64,000 nt of DNA from Minutocellus sp. GHC0000111 (Eukaryota). The position numbers and the translations under genes were made by a program. Location of the stretch: assembly GCA_977018835.1 (NCBI GenBank), contig OZ361261.1, positions 1,302,001 through 1,366,000 of the forward strand, in the 5' to 3' direction. The notes under the pieces were generated by a model, which worked only from the letters and a program-made list of their open reading frames with translations, did not search any database and was not told the origin of the DNA. Shown here piece by piece: positions 33,201-46,678 of the stretch. The stretch's first letter is position 1. Every line of letters begins with the position of its first letter.

Positions 33201-35285
33201 GCATGTATGTAGATCTTGAATCTACCGGTACTGCCGGTACTAGATCTAGACGCCCATGTCTACCACAAGCCAATTTTTATGTTGTTGCCGGTGGGTTTTC
33301 ATTGTTATTGGAAGAAAGACGAAGCGGTGGCCATTGTAAATCCGTTGTTGCAGGTCTCCCAGTCTTTTCAGCACAAAAAACAAAATGATACCTCATGTAA
33401 ACATCTATAAAAAGTGGCATCAGCTAGCTAGCTAGAGATCAAGACATAGCTAGATCTAGATCTACACATAAGTGCATGACTGTTAGATGTCTGCATTGTT
33501 ATGTAAACTGTTACAAAAATGCATAGATCTAACCCAAAATTTCACATTGCTCTGTACAACTTGAGGGCCAAGTGTATCACTACGCAAGCTTGCGATCCCC
33601 TTGGCCGAAATCAACAATTCATGTGCGTCCCAGACGCATCTGCTGCACAACTTGATAGCAAGTTCTGGATACGTCATGTGCAAATGCATTGGCAACATCT
33701 AATCAGCCAAGATGGGAAATAAATACCGCAAGTGCTCCTCTCTCAGCACAAGCAAACCTCATGCACGCCGCCCAATGCTTAAATGAACGAAAAATATGCC
33801 AAGGCTTGAGAACATTGACATGTGGATGAATCAGAACAACTTCGAAATGTCCTCAATCAACAAAGCTCGTATTTTTTTTTTCAGCCAGTGTCGTCAACAC
33901 AACAAGTGATGGCTCGTCCCACAGGAGCCGTCAACATCATCCTCGTCCATGTAGTGTGTAGTCGAAGTCTCTTGAGCACCGATCACCTTTTCGCGCGAGA
34001 TCAAAAGTTCAAAGGTCGCAATGCAGTGAAAGATTTTTTCCGGAGCTCCTTGCCAAGCGAAAGCAACTACTGATGTTCTGGAAACGATAATGATTGTTCT
34101 TAATCCTTGATCATTCACATGAGGACACAACACATAAGTGGTTTCGTTGACTGGCGATAGCTCAGGCATGTTTGCCGAGAGGCCGGCAAGTGCTACGTAG
34201 CTAGAAGTAAGCTTGTCGCTACTTTGCTTTCGGGCGTTTCGAGCGTTCAGTCCCGAGAGGGCAGCGCAGGACGATGAAGTCATTTCAATAGAGAGGCAAC
34301 ATAAGCTGGCATGCCTGGAAAGCGATTGATGTAGAATGCATGCTTGCGATAAAGGGGAGGGATGTGAACAGCAAACGAAGGCGACAGCGGTCCTAGAGCA
34401 CCATTGTTCTTTTTGGGGCGGCATGATGGCATGGTCGGCGGGCGGGTGCGTGGTTCTGTACGAGCACATGTACCGTACGTACAGCTGTACGTCACATGCT
34501 ACCGACTCAGTCGACTGATCAAAGATACGAAGAAAGAGAACCCCAAGATATCTCAAGATCTATCGTTAAAATTTTGATGCCATTCCACCCATCTCTCAAC
34601 CATGATGTGTACAATCACATGGAGAAGATACAGCCGATTCTATAACGACGTTCTCGAGTTCCACCCCGATCCTTCTTTGATTCAAAATCCCATGGTAAAT
34701 TGAGTGCCCGAGACGGACGACGAAAAGACCGAATTTCAAACCTCCCGGTAATGTACTCAGCGTTTGCGATTTTTTGGCGGCGGCGGCCAACTTCGGTCTC
34801 GGCCAACCGACCGATGTTGTTGCCCCTGCCCAATCCAAAATCCTCCACTAAGACATCACCAATAATAATTCTCTCTTTCTCTTTTTCTTTTTATATAGTA
34901 TATCGCAGGAGCTAAATGAAATCTCCTCATTAATGTCGAATGTGCCGTGATTGTTCCTTTAGCTGGCCCTTCATTCGATTGTTGTTCTTATTTGAATAGA
35001 TTGCTTGTAGCTGGCATGACAAGGAACAAACGCCGGTTCGCTCGTGCCTACCTCGCTACATGTACTCCCAAAAAACAAATGTGATTTAACTGCCCCCCAA
35101 TTGGCAGGGCCTTGTAGCTAGCTCGCCCTTTCGAGGCGTATTGCATCGTTGCAATAACAAAAATGTATGTGTGTGATTGAACATGATAATGCCAAAAATG
35201 AAACTCGCAGCAAAAAGAAGATCTCACCAATGCGCATACCCATGCGATCGTACGTGGATCGTTCCCGGCGAGTAATGAAATCTTC

Positions 35286-38200
35286 TCACTGCTTGGTAGC
35301 GTATAGAGGCAGCTCCTCGTACAGGAAGGCCTTGCACTCTCCGTTCCCGGACTGGGAGAATTTGTTGCGGTAGTATACGGCCTTATCGACTTCGCCTCTA
35401 TCGTGAAGGTTCTCGATCCCGCTGACGACAATATCGAAAAAGTCGTAGCTGCCCTTGGTGATTCCGTGTGTCATGTGAATGCTACCAGTGATGTTGTGGG
35501 AGCCACCATGGCCAGTTTTACCGCAGAGGGAGTCGTTGCGGACGAAATTGATGCCAAGGGCAAGCCCATAAGATACCAAGTGATCGTAGATGAAGTTCAG
35601 GATGAGACATGTCTCTCTGATAGAAGAGAGATTGAAGTCGATGCCCTCAGCGTTCATCTGGTTGAGACGCTGGTATTGCTGCACCAGAGCATCGGCGAGC
35701 TGGATCAGTTCGGCCTCAGTCTGATCGAGCTCGATAAGCTGGTGGGGGAGAGCGGTCCAACGACTGGACCTGGCCTCGTACGAAGCCTCCTTCCAAGTCG
35801 CGAGGCAGTTACGCAGTTGTTGATCAGCCTCCCCGGAAGCGACCTTCTTCTTGCCATAGGCTTCGAGCTGGGCGATTTCGATACGGAGCGTATGGACAAT
35901 GTTGCAAACACCGATGGTATGTAGCTTACCGTAAAAGCGACTGGCTTCCCTTGAAGCCCCAGATGATCTGTACAGAACCTTTCTGAGATGAAAAATGCCT
36001 CCGGAAACGATGCAGGTTAAAGAAAACCGATCATCCTTCATCGTGACCATGTGACTTGGCAAGTTCTGAAGACCGATATGAAACGATGGGAGCAGGAAGC
36101 TCTCATAGACAAAATCCATCATCTTGACGGTATGATGGACTGTAGGGACCATTTCATAATCAGAACCGTTGCGGACATTGATGTCATGGATGCGCTGGAA
36201 GTCACGGATGATACGAACGGCGAATTCCGATAACTCAGCGGCGACGGATGATCTAACTTGGCGATCAGCGACGAGCATAGTCTTGTACCTTTTCTTGTGG
36301 CAGTATGCTAGCTCCTCCCAGAGCATTACACAATTTTGAATACTCTTGTCGACCTCGTCCAACGAGTAACCTGTCTTGTTTTCAGTGGAATGGCCACGAC
36401 GACGAGGCTCCACAGTACCTTCATCAAGCTTGAAGCTGAAAGGTACGACCTTGATGCGACACAGGGAATCCAGCATGGTGGAGAGGATGGTCCTGGTAGA
36501 AAATCCTAGTTCGAAGAGGGGAATATCCCAGTCCTCGATGACGGGGGACTTATTGCTGCCAGTGTTAGCCTCTCCATGGCCAACTTCTTGAATCTCACCG
36601 TCCCTCCCCTTCTTGGCAATGACGGTATGAATTGCTCCGATGACCGTGCCAAGAAGACTGGACGAAAAGCGAAGCTTTTCAACGGACGATTTGTCGTGCT
36701 TCTTCTTGACATAGAAGGAAGGATCTTTAATGCTCTCATTGATGAGATCTACCCAGCCCAGGTGGTACGCCGGACGAAGGATTTCCTCGTAGACAAAGTC
36801 GAGGAAGCGGGAAGAATCAACCAGGCTCGACTTGGAGAAGTCATCCCATGGGTGAGCCTGGATTTTATACGCATACAACATTGTATAGAGATTGTTCCAA
36901 GGCGTTAGAAGTATGCCTCAACGTTGAAATGCACTTTTATAACGCAAAAGCAAATAAACGAACACATATGTGGGTTCTCACCTTGCTTCCCGTATCTGCG
37001 TCGACCTCAGCGGAGGTAGCATCAGCATCTTTGTCTTCCGGGAAGACCTGATGCAGATGGAGGTACCTCTCGACGATCCGAGCGGCCTGCTGCATTCCAA
37101 GAGGAGAGGCTGGTAGTGCCTCATGGGGACGGGGACGGGAGAAACGCCCCCCTCATCCACTTGATCCTGGCCCTGGACGTCTTGGCCTTGACCTCGAGCC
37201 GGATCTGGAACGTCGGCGAGGGGGTAGATGCTCGACAGGACGGTGTCGAGCAGATCTTGCCAGGCCATGCCATACTCGAGGTAGGACGCCTCCTCGAGGG
37301 GACGCATCTGCTCTCTGAGATCGTCCAGGATCTTTTTGTAGTGCCGGTCGAGCTGGATCATCGCTGTAGGACTCGGGAATTTGGCCACGCTGGTAGGACT
37401 TTTGCCGGCACTACCGCTGCCGTTGGTGTTGGCTTCATTGTCACTTGAAGCATTGGTAGGAGTAGATGTAGGTGCAGATTCAGACGTAGTGCTCGTGCTT
37501 GTGCTTGTGGTGGTGTTCGTGGAAGACGTCGAGTTCGGCCTACTAGTACCACTGCTGCCAACGAGGGACGCACGAATGCCGAACAACCTGGTGATCTCGT
37601 TGGACGGAACGTCGTCCTCGTTGTCTTCGTCATGAGTATCTCCAGAGGACGGGGTCATGGAAGAATTATATCCCGGCGAAGAGAGCAGTAGCTGCTGCAC
37701 GATGCGCTCGTAGTGATCGCTTACAGCCGACGACGATGTGGCCGAAAGTGCCGTGCCAGTACTGAAGATACTCGAGAGAGTGGTGCTTGAGGTAGACTCG
37801 GCTGTGATTCCAGACGTCGTCGGCGTCGTCGTCACTCCAACGCTGGTGAGGATGAAGTCATCGTCGGTTTCTGGAGCGGTGAAGGGAGATGTGCCGTCGT
37901 TATCACTGCTCGTGGCACTATTCCATGCGCCGATCTGAGACAAGACTTCCATGTGACTGGGACGAGGTTGGGGCAGGGAAGACGGTCCGGAAGAAGTAGT
38001 GCCAGAAGTTGCAATGTCCCTAGGCGACGAAGATTCGACGTCATATTCGTTGCCGTCTTCGAGCAAGTCCGCCAGGCCCATGCTGGTCAGACCATCGCGA
38101 AGTAGGCGGTCGATATCCTCGGCGTTCATGTTCATCCTGTCGACGTCCAAGTCGGCAAAGAGCCGGGCCGTCGGCGAGGAGGAGGAGGAGGATGGCATGA
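35286..38200 (-). CDS. Unknown protein: Ser/Thr-rich N-terminus plus three diverged helical repeats
   Basis: Two long ORFs joined by a GT-AG intron (36981-36858, phase 0) once a frameshift near 37130 is corrected. Confidence 0.65.
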
Positions 38201-38863
38201 TGATGGAGAAACAACGAAAAATGAGCACGTTGTCCCGTTGTGCTCGATTTCGGCCTGGGCTGAATTTCCCCTGCCCGTTCTACTTTCAACGAGCAATCGA
38301 TCGGTGCACGTGGGTAGAACAGATCGACGACGATGATGGTCCGAGCGACGGCAGTGCCCTGAGTGTCAGTAGTATGGATGTTCTCTCTTGATTCGATTCG
38401 CCAGCAGAAACTTCCGAATCTCGATCGGGACTTTTGCGGTATCGGCCTGTGCGAGCTTATGACTTGTGTAGTTCAATGATCGACCGACCGACGGACGTAC
38501 TGGCGGAAGGATGAATGGATATGCCGGAAGCAAGTCGACTTGCAAGACACGAAATACCGATCAGACGATTCTATTCAGCGCAGATCGGATTCGGCAATCG
38601 AATGTAGCAACGTACTTGGGATGGGATTGTGCGCTTCGTCAGAATGCATTCTTCTCCACATGAGCCAGTGCGATTTTTTTTCGGGAAGTTTGCACTTGGG
38701 TGCAACTTCGCCATCTACTAGTATCTGCTCGATTCTGCGGTGGCGGGCAATTTTCCAAGTTTTTCCGATTTTGGCCTGTGTAGAGTCATAATATTTCTGT
38801 TGCAGAGCGTCATATTGACCTTCTGTCCGACGAGAACAAGGCAGCGGAAAGCAACCCGAAACA

Positions 38864-40147
38864 ATGGAAAGTGACCGGAGAACATTGGCACCTGGCAAAA
38901 TGAGATGCCAAGCTGAGGTGGTGGAATTGCAAGATTCGAGCGCGTCGAATGCTACTTATGCCAACGGCGGTACCCCAAATGAGAAAAACACCACCACCAC
39001 CACCACCACAGCAAACGACATCAGCAGCATACCTGCCATCAGCCGGGCTCCGTCTTATCCCGACGATGGAGGTCTAGACGACGACGATGACAACGAGAAT
39101 GGCAGCGGTGTTGAAGCCAATGGCAAAACCCACCCCAAGTCTGCTTCTCTTGCTACGTTGGTGGCTGATCCGCCGCCAATGCTCCTCGACGCCGCAAGGT
39201 GCTCTGGACTGGACGTCAACGAGAAGTATCACATCGAACCCAAGGATATCGGATGTGGCAATTACGGCATCATTCGCAAATTTCGCAACCGTCAGACCGG
39301 TCAAACCTACGCCATCAAATCGATTCCGAAAACCGCCCAGGAATGCCGGGCGAGGAACATCAAGCACGTGTCCAAATTGGAATCGATTCAGAGGGAGGCG
39401 GAGGTACTGCAACAGGTGTCGGGCCATCCCGCCATTGTTCAGCTGGTCGACATATACGAGGATGTGCAATATCTGCACCTCGTTACGGAACTATGCAGTG
39501 GGGGGATGCTGTTCGATCGCATAATCGACAAGACGAAGAAACCATTCACCGAGAGGGAGGCGGCCACATTGAGCAAATCCATACTGAGCGCCTTGGCCTA
39601 CCTGCACGAGGAGAAGAACATTGTGCACCGCGATGTCAAATGCGAAAACTTTTTGTTTGTCGAGAGCAGTGGTTCTGGAGCACCGTGCCTTTCCATCAAG
39701 CTCATTGATTTTGGAATGAGCCGGGTAGATCCCATCGATGAACCAATGACGACGTCGATTGGCACTGCGTACTATGTCAGCCCGGAAGTTTTGAACAAGA
39801 GTTATGGAAAGAAATGCGACATATGGTCTGTTGGCGTGGTGGTTTACATGATCATTTGTGGCTACTATCCCTTTTACGGCGAATCGACAAATCAAATAAT
39901 AAAGCACGTATCCACAGGGAAATTTGACTATCCATCGACAGAATGGGGCGGTGTTTCGGCAAGTGCCAAAGATTTTGTATCGTCGTTGCTGACTGTGGAT
40001 CCCAATGAGAGGCCATCGGCATTAGCGGCCATAGAACACCCGTGGATTGTCAAGCATACGATCCCCAAGAAATCGCTAAGCCGAAGCTTGAGCAAGGGTA
40101 TCAAGAAATCCATTAGTAAACTCGGTGGGAGGAGTAAGACAGCATGA
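38864..40147 (+). CDS. CAMK/CDPK-like Ser/Thr kinase without EF hands
   Basis: IGCGNYG, YAIK, ELCSGGMLFDRI, VHRDVKCENFL, IDFGMS, GTAYYVSPE, DIWSVG. Confidence 0.92.
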   Translation: MESDRRTLAPGKMRCQAEVVELQDSSASNATYANGGTPNEKNTTTTTTTANDISSIPAISRAPSYPDDGGLDDDDDNENGSGVEANGKTHPKSASLATLVADPPPMLLDAARCSGLDVNEKYHIEPKDIGCGNYGIIRKFRNRQTGQTYAIKSIPKTAQECRARNIKHVSKLESIQREAEVLQQVSGHPAIVQLVDIYEDVQYLHLVTELCSGGMLFDRIIDKTKKPFTEREAATLSKSILSALAYLHEEKNIVHRDVKCENFLFVESSGSGAPCLSIKLIDFGMSRVDPIDEPMTTSIGTAYYVSPEVLNKSYGKKCDIWSVGVVVYMIICGYYPFYGESTNQIIKHVSTGKFDYPSTEWGGVSASAKDFVSSLLTVDPNERPSALAAIEHPWIVKHTIPKKSLSRSLSKGIKKSISKLGGRSKTA

Positions 40148-40190
40148 TAGTCTTTCCAAGCTACCTAATCTAAAGAGTTTGAGTGACAAC

Positions 40191-40225
<35 letters not shown>
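40191..40225. repeat. (AGT)n microsatellite
   Basis: About 11 tandem AGT units between convergent genes. Confidence 0.9.
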
Positions 40226-40391
40226 CAAGCGAGTAGAATGAATCCTTGTTGTTGTTCGAACTTACGAACGTATCTATTACTAAAGTCTTCTTTTTCTCCT
40301 TCTGTAGAACATCGTTGGAGTCATGGTTATTGCTTCTTTGCTTGAACTATAAAGTTTTACATTTCGTAAAAGTGTCGTGTGCACTGCAAAT

Positions 40392-42152
40392 CTAAGAAAG
40401 AACACGAGCAGGTCCTGGCTTGATGTTACCATAGGCGTCAAATAGCCCCCACTGTGTATTTTAAAGTGAAAGAGAAAACAAGATTGTGAGACAGAAGAGA
40501 AGGACATTCAATCCCTCAATGTCGCATCCTGGTCTCACTGAAACACCTTTACTCACGTGGCTCGCGACGTTGCACCATTCAGACCCATCTTTGTATAGGG
40601 CCTCGAAAGCATCGAACCAAGAGAGCACAATAGACTGGCCGGATGTCCATTCCATGACCTCGCGCAGATACCGTTCTTGGTTAGCGGCGTTGGGAACAGC
40701 GGCGCCATTGGCGCAGGAACCGTTGGACGGCCATCCAGTCTCGGAGATCCACACTGGCTTATCTCCCGATAGGTTGACGATATCATTATACTCCTGGATA
40801 AGCACGCTAAGGGATTGGTCAATGTGATATCCACTCCAGAAAGGATAGAAGTTGACGTAGACGATGTCGCACGCGGCGATGACTTTATGGTGCTTTGCCT
40901 CGATGAGGGCCTCGTATTTGACCGCGGTTGTGACGGGAACGTCAGGAACGGCGGCCTTAAATTGGTTGATATAATTCACGATTTGGTTGGCATTGAGGCC
41001 ATTCCAGGTCAAAACCTCAGACCCGACGCTTGCAAGGTCAACAACGCCTTCCTTTGCGAGGTCGATGAGTCAATTGAGCTCGGCTCGGGAGGCTCCAGGA
41101 CGGTTATCCATCCAGGCACCGGCTACTGTAGTCATACCAAGGCTCTTGGCATACCTGATGGCTTCCATACCATTATAGCACGCAAAGGTTCGAATGCTAT
41201 ACGGCGTGTAGGTTGGCGAAAAATAACAGGATGGGCATACAAGTTTTCAAGTCGATAAAAGAAACACAGACATCATAGAGGCAGAGAACTCACCCATTGG
41301 TGTAGGGAGCCACGAGATCAACTCGTTGGCGGACTGTCTCATCGGGAAGTACCGAGTACGGTGTATCACCAGCAAGATGGGGACTAAAGTCCAGGATATC
41401 AAGCTTGCCATTATTCGGAGGGACAACGATTGGAGCTGGGGTAGACGATGGAGATTGAGGAGCTGGGGTGACAACGGGAGCAGGTGTGGTAATCTTTGGT
41501 GTGACCACAGGCGAGGGGGTAGGGTCGACATAGGTGGCTCGAAGATGGTACCGATGAAAAGTGGATCAAAAACAACATCCCCATTTAATGTAGTTGTGGT
41601 GGAGCACGTAAGTGAGGTGTCTTCGTCATCGGTTGTTATGAGGTGCCCAATGTTCGTCGAACCTGCGATAATTGACTCATCACGTAGCCAGATAAAGGTC
41701 TGGGGGACGTGTCTGGAGGAATCTACTTCGCAGATAAGCCAAGATCCGACGGAGTGGCCCCAAGGTGACCGAATCACAATTCCAGACGTAGAATCGATCG
41801 GTGGCTGGGTAGGAGGCGGAGCTGGGACTGGGGCAGGTGTAGGAAGAGGAGCTGGAGCACTTGGGGTGGGTGCCGAGCCAATTTGAAGAGCCGGGCTCAG
41901 GTTGTCGAGGCTATCGCCGCAACGTAGCAGCTGTCCATCGTCGGCGTCTTGAAGAAAGTACCAGTTGGAGCTGACACTGGGGATAAGGATGTCGTTCCTC
42001 GTCCAAACGTAGAGTCCACCCGGGGCGTTGCCAGGCTCACAAACCGCCCAGGCGTTGACGCTGTTGCCATAGGGGGTGGTAACCTCATACGCAAAGGACC
42101 TTGATTCCGACACGGTGAAAAGGAGGAGAAAGGATGCAATAAGCTTGATCAT
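40392..42152 (-). CDS. Secreted GH17 beta-1,3-glucanase/glucanosyltransferase with duplicated N-terminal domain
   Basis: Signal peptide; DFSP, G|IRTF (intron 41293-41197), SVGSEVL, VPVTTA, VNFYPFW, ISETGWPS, FDAFE, H|WGLF (intron 40556-40452). Frameshifts near 41500 and 41010. Confidence 0.85.
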
Positions 42153-42633
42153 TTCATGCACTTCTTTGGAGTTGTTCAATGCAATTTATGAGCACCTCTG
42201 GGCCATAAATGGGGGTGTCCTCAAGGCAGACAATTGCACGATCAACGACGACCAATCGTCATTTCACCGAGGGTTGATGCAGCAAAAAGAATCTGGCCTG
42301 GGTTATATCGTTGATTATATCGCAAATTGACTGAAATAAGTCTGCCGGGCTTTGAAGAACATTCCAACGGCACGGCAGGTGCTCTTCCACGTTCACAAAT
42401 GACTTTCATGAGAAAGTTCTTCAACTGTTCATATTATAGATGTCTTCCATTGTATATTTTTGTAGACAGTTCACCATCGCAGATTGAAGAAATCGAGCCA
42501 GCCGCTCCTTAGCTTTCAGTTAGAAACGCCTGTGTCATCCAAGGTTTTCAAGAGAACGTTCTCTACCATTGGTACTACTAAACCGGGTTTGCCCATCGCA
42601 CCTCCGTTGAAAAATGGGTTGCTATCAAGTGCC

Positions 42634-44885
42634 CTACAATCGACTAACGACACGTCTCGTTCGGCCGGAAAGAGCATGCTTGATATCAGCCACACTACTT
42701 TCAACTCGTCGGCTCTCTTCCAATGCATCTTTAACGACCGCATCATCTTCCGCTCGAACATGGTTTTCAGCATATCCAGGAATGGAACTTTTGCCTCTTG
42801 CATCATCTCGTTGTTTCGACTTGAAAACGCGCTGCGCAAAATCCTTCTCGAGGACAACCAGACGATCGAGCAGGTGCAAAACAATCTCTGATGGTGTCAA
42901 ATTGTCGCTATTCACGTCATTCTGAATTGACGGGATCTCTTTCTTCAGAATATTGCGTTGGAAATTCCACAAATGGTGCCTTTCATCGACCTCGTTCCAC
43001 GGAAGTGCGGGCCACAAAGCACCACCGTCGCCTCCATTGAGTGTTGACGAAAGAAGTCCGTTCTCACTTTGATGAATAGAAATGATACCCTCCAATCGAT
43101 GATCTAACTCACGTGGAGCAACGGTTTTGCCAAACGACTTGCGGCACATATCCAACGCGGTCTCCGCCTTGAGCAAAAGACCTCGCAGGGCGTAGAGATG
43201 AATGATATTGGTATATGCCTGAATGCCCTTCTTCCGGCCGCTCTCCGTCAAATAATTCTGACCAAGGCCGGGAATAGATCTATCCGTCTTGAACACCGTC
43301 GCCTTTTTCATTTCGCCCGATGCTTGGCCAGACGCTTGCGACTGACCGGCCTTGAGGAGCTCCTGGCGAGCATTGTAGCACATCTCAATAGTATTCTCAA
43401 AAATAATCGTCCATCCGGTGTAGAAACCATGACGCTTCGCCTTTCGACGCTTGGCAAACTTGGCCTCCGATCGAGCAATCGTGTAGGGAGAGCTCTGAAG
43501 CAGCCAACCGGGAATAACTTGATTCATTCCATCGCATCCATCCTTTTCACTTCCGTTCAATACGAGAGAGAACGGCATGGCCAATCGCTGAGGCGATAGC
43601 TGCACACCGGCCGCCACGATGGAGTAGGGGGCATCGCACAAATTCACGGGCATTTTGATGACGCATCCCAACCCCCAGAACGTACCCTCACCCGACCCCA
43701 CCTCTTGATCCGGCAGTCTTCCCGTATGGTTGCTCCCCAAATTACTTCCATAGCCCACATTGCCTCGTCCAAGCGGCCAAAGGACGGAGATGATCAAACT
43801 CTGATGGTGCGAGTTGGTATTGGGACCGATGAGGCTGCAATGGCATTCGCCGGTGGACAAATGACTGTCGGGACCAAGGACGGTGTTGGAAACGAAGCTA
43901 TTGGGACCGATGGCGACGCATTCCATAACGATGGTCGACGAGACGGAGGAGTTGGTGGTAATCTCTGCCTTCCATTGCAAGTAGGCATTGTCGACGGTGC
44001 AGGATTTGTCGATGGACGATTCGGGAAGCAGAATGGCGTTTGTTACGGACGTTGCGGCGTCGATACTGGCATTGGACGAAACATAAACGTTGCAAAGCTT
44101 TGGCGTGTGTCGGACGGCGGCATCAGTACAGACGGTATTCATGACCAGCTGAGTAGGTCGATAAGCCTGATAGTGGAATTTGGACGACGACGTGGATTGG
44201 CTGCCCATGCCAAGCTTGTGACAGACATCGATCATCGTGCTTTCCACGTGCACCTTGACGTTTCTACCGCCACCACTCTCGGCCCCGAGGGTGATCTCCA
44301 TCTCATCTGCAAATGACGATGGCGATGACGACGAATCTGTTCCATTCTCGGACGTGACAGTGCCACAATCGACTATGCTCCCTCCAGAGCAAACATGCGT
44401 CTGATCAATGACAGTGTTGCCCTCCACCACACATCCAGGCCAGGCTCCAGGAGGGTGTTGGATATCATCCCATTGCGACGAATGCTCGAAGAAGTTTTGC
44501 CGTCATTGCTTATAAGTACAATGCCGATCAAAACCCAACCACCAAAGGTGGTATCTACTACTTGCTGCTGCAGTTCGGTTCACAAGTCTCTGGCGCCTTC
44601 GTCGGTGCTGCTGCCGACATACATGACGCGAATCTGCGACCAATCGCTTTCGCCATCGCTGCACTGGCATCGGCAGTCGGGTCCCTCCAGTGTCGCAATC
44701 TCCCTCTTGGTCAGTGGTCTTATGACGACAGCAGCAGCACTAGTAGTATCGGATGATGCATGTCCGGTATTCGAGCCAGCCGAGACAAGATGCTCGGTTC
44801 GGCGAGTCTGCTCATCTCGAGCCGACTTGGACTCGTGGAAAGGGGCCAGATCGGCGGCACAAATTTTTGCGGCGGAGGCGTCCAT
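42634..44885 (-). CDS. DUF4954-like left-handed beta-helix protein
   Basis: N-terminal RPLTKREIATLE...DWSQIRV, hexapeptide-like repeats, HHQSLII, WPLGRGNVGYGSNLGSNHTGRLPDQE, GEGTFWGLG. Frameshifts in 44430-44600. Confidence 0.65.
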
Positions 44886-45288
44886 GGTGCGAAAAGTACA
44901 ACGCGATCGAGAAGAGGCTCCCACTGAACGGCGGCTCTAAGTAGTGCAGATACAGCTACTAGCCCTAGTATGGCGATACCACTGCAACGTTCGGCACCAA
45001 CGCGGCAACCATGTGATCATCAAGTGGCAGCCATCATCGTCGGCGGGCGCGCGCCGGCGGGCAAGCAAAGCAAAACAAGCACCAAAATACCTGTTCCTAA
45101 AATGACGACATGATTACGTTACAGAAAACTTTGGGGTGCGCGAACGAAACCCATGCAAAACCGTCACAGATTCATACGTCTTGTGTTGCCTTCGGGAGTG
45201 ATTAGCCAAGGAGAATAGAGAGAGAGAGAGAGGATACCCTCGGCACTGCAGCACTGGCCCCTCCAATTGAACCGATCCAAAGAAAACA

Positions 45289-46483
45289 ATGCCCAAGAAG
45301 CAGGTGTACTCCCCACTGAACGCCGCAGACGAAGAATCCCAGCACGAATACTCGCAGTACCGAGACGACCCAGACGAGCACGAAACAACCGGAAACTCGA
45401 CCATGCCCTCCTCCTCTGCCTCAATCAAATCGGCCCTGTCGAAAAAGTCGCGCAAATCGCGGAGGAGGGTTGATAATGATGAACTGTCGGTGCCCCTCCA
45501 TGCCCTGTCGGAGGACGGTGGCGACGAGCACGACATGGAGAGCGGGACTGCCGGCGGTGCCGTAATGGGCGCCGCCGTTTCTCTGGAGGATGACCCCTTT
45601 TATGTGTTCCGAGAGGACCTGACTCGCAAGCTTTGCCTGGTCGATGAGGGTTTGAAGAGATATCTCAATGTGATCCACGATACGGTAAGTTTTGTTTGTG
45701 ACGGCTGGAGACTCTCCAGGCAGTCTAGGAGACGAACGAATGCTTTCAGCTGCTCGTTCGTCATTGTTTTCGTTGCATGCATATGGGTCTTGTTTTGTTG
45801 TTAACACCGATTCTAATCGTGGTCAATGCATCGTCCCAAACGTACTTTAGGACACGGCCGTCAATACGCACGAGGTGAAAGATGCCAAAGAGCAACTGAA
45901 GCGACACATCAAGAATGCCGAGGCGACGCTGTCGGACCTGTCCATGACGGTCGATCTGGTGGAATCGGAGCGGGATCGGTTCGGGCACATCGACGACGGG
46001 GAACTGTACGACCGACGGACCTTCGTCCAAACGTCGCGAGAGCGCATCGACAAATGCAAGCGAGAAATGTCGTCGGAGACGGTCAAGTCCAAAACCATGG
46101 CCGATGAACGGGCGATGGCGGCACGGAGGGTCGGGGACATGGGCGCCCGGACCAAGGAGGAGCAGGAGGCGACGGAATTTGTCATCGATACCCGGGCGCA
46201 GGCGCAGATGATGATGGGTCAGCAGGACGAGGCTTTGGATGATCTGGACGTGGCCGTGAGTCGGGTGGGCGTCATGGCGGGAGAAATTCACGAGGAGATT
46301 GGCCATCAGAACAAGATGCTGTCCGAGCTCGATGAGGATTTGGCCGATGCCGAGGAGAAGCTGGGGATGGTAATGGGAAAGCTTGCCAAGCTGCTCAAGA
46401 CCAAGAACAAGTGCCAGCTGGGGACGATACTGATCCTCTGTTTGATCGCCCTTATATTATTCTTCCTGGTGATTTACACATGA
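45289..46483 (+). CDS. Syntaxin-6/Tlg1 family Qc-SNARE
   Basis: DPFYVFRED N-domain, intron 45685-45850, SNARE motif QQDEALDDL...EEIGHQNKML, C-terminal TM. Confidence 0.9.
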
Positions 46484-46678
46484 TGATGATGATGATGAAT
46501 ACGGTCGGTATGGTTGTGTGATTGATGATGATTTGATTCAATTCCTCCTTTTGGTTGGTTGCAAAATGTAAATTTAAAAGAAGATTGGCAAGGCCCTTGA
46601 GATGGATTGCACCATGCCATCACTTGATTGCATTGCATTGCTATTGCATGGCACATACTGATGTCATTTGCATATATA

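Noticed and set aside
33480..35280. 220 aa ORF and possible TE remnants
   Set aside because: No recognisable motifs, splice structure or TIR pair.
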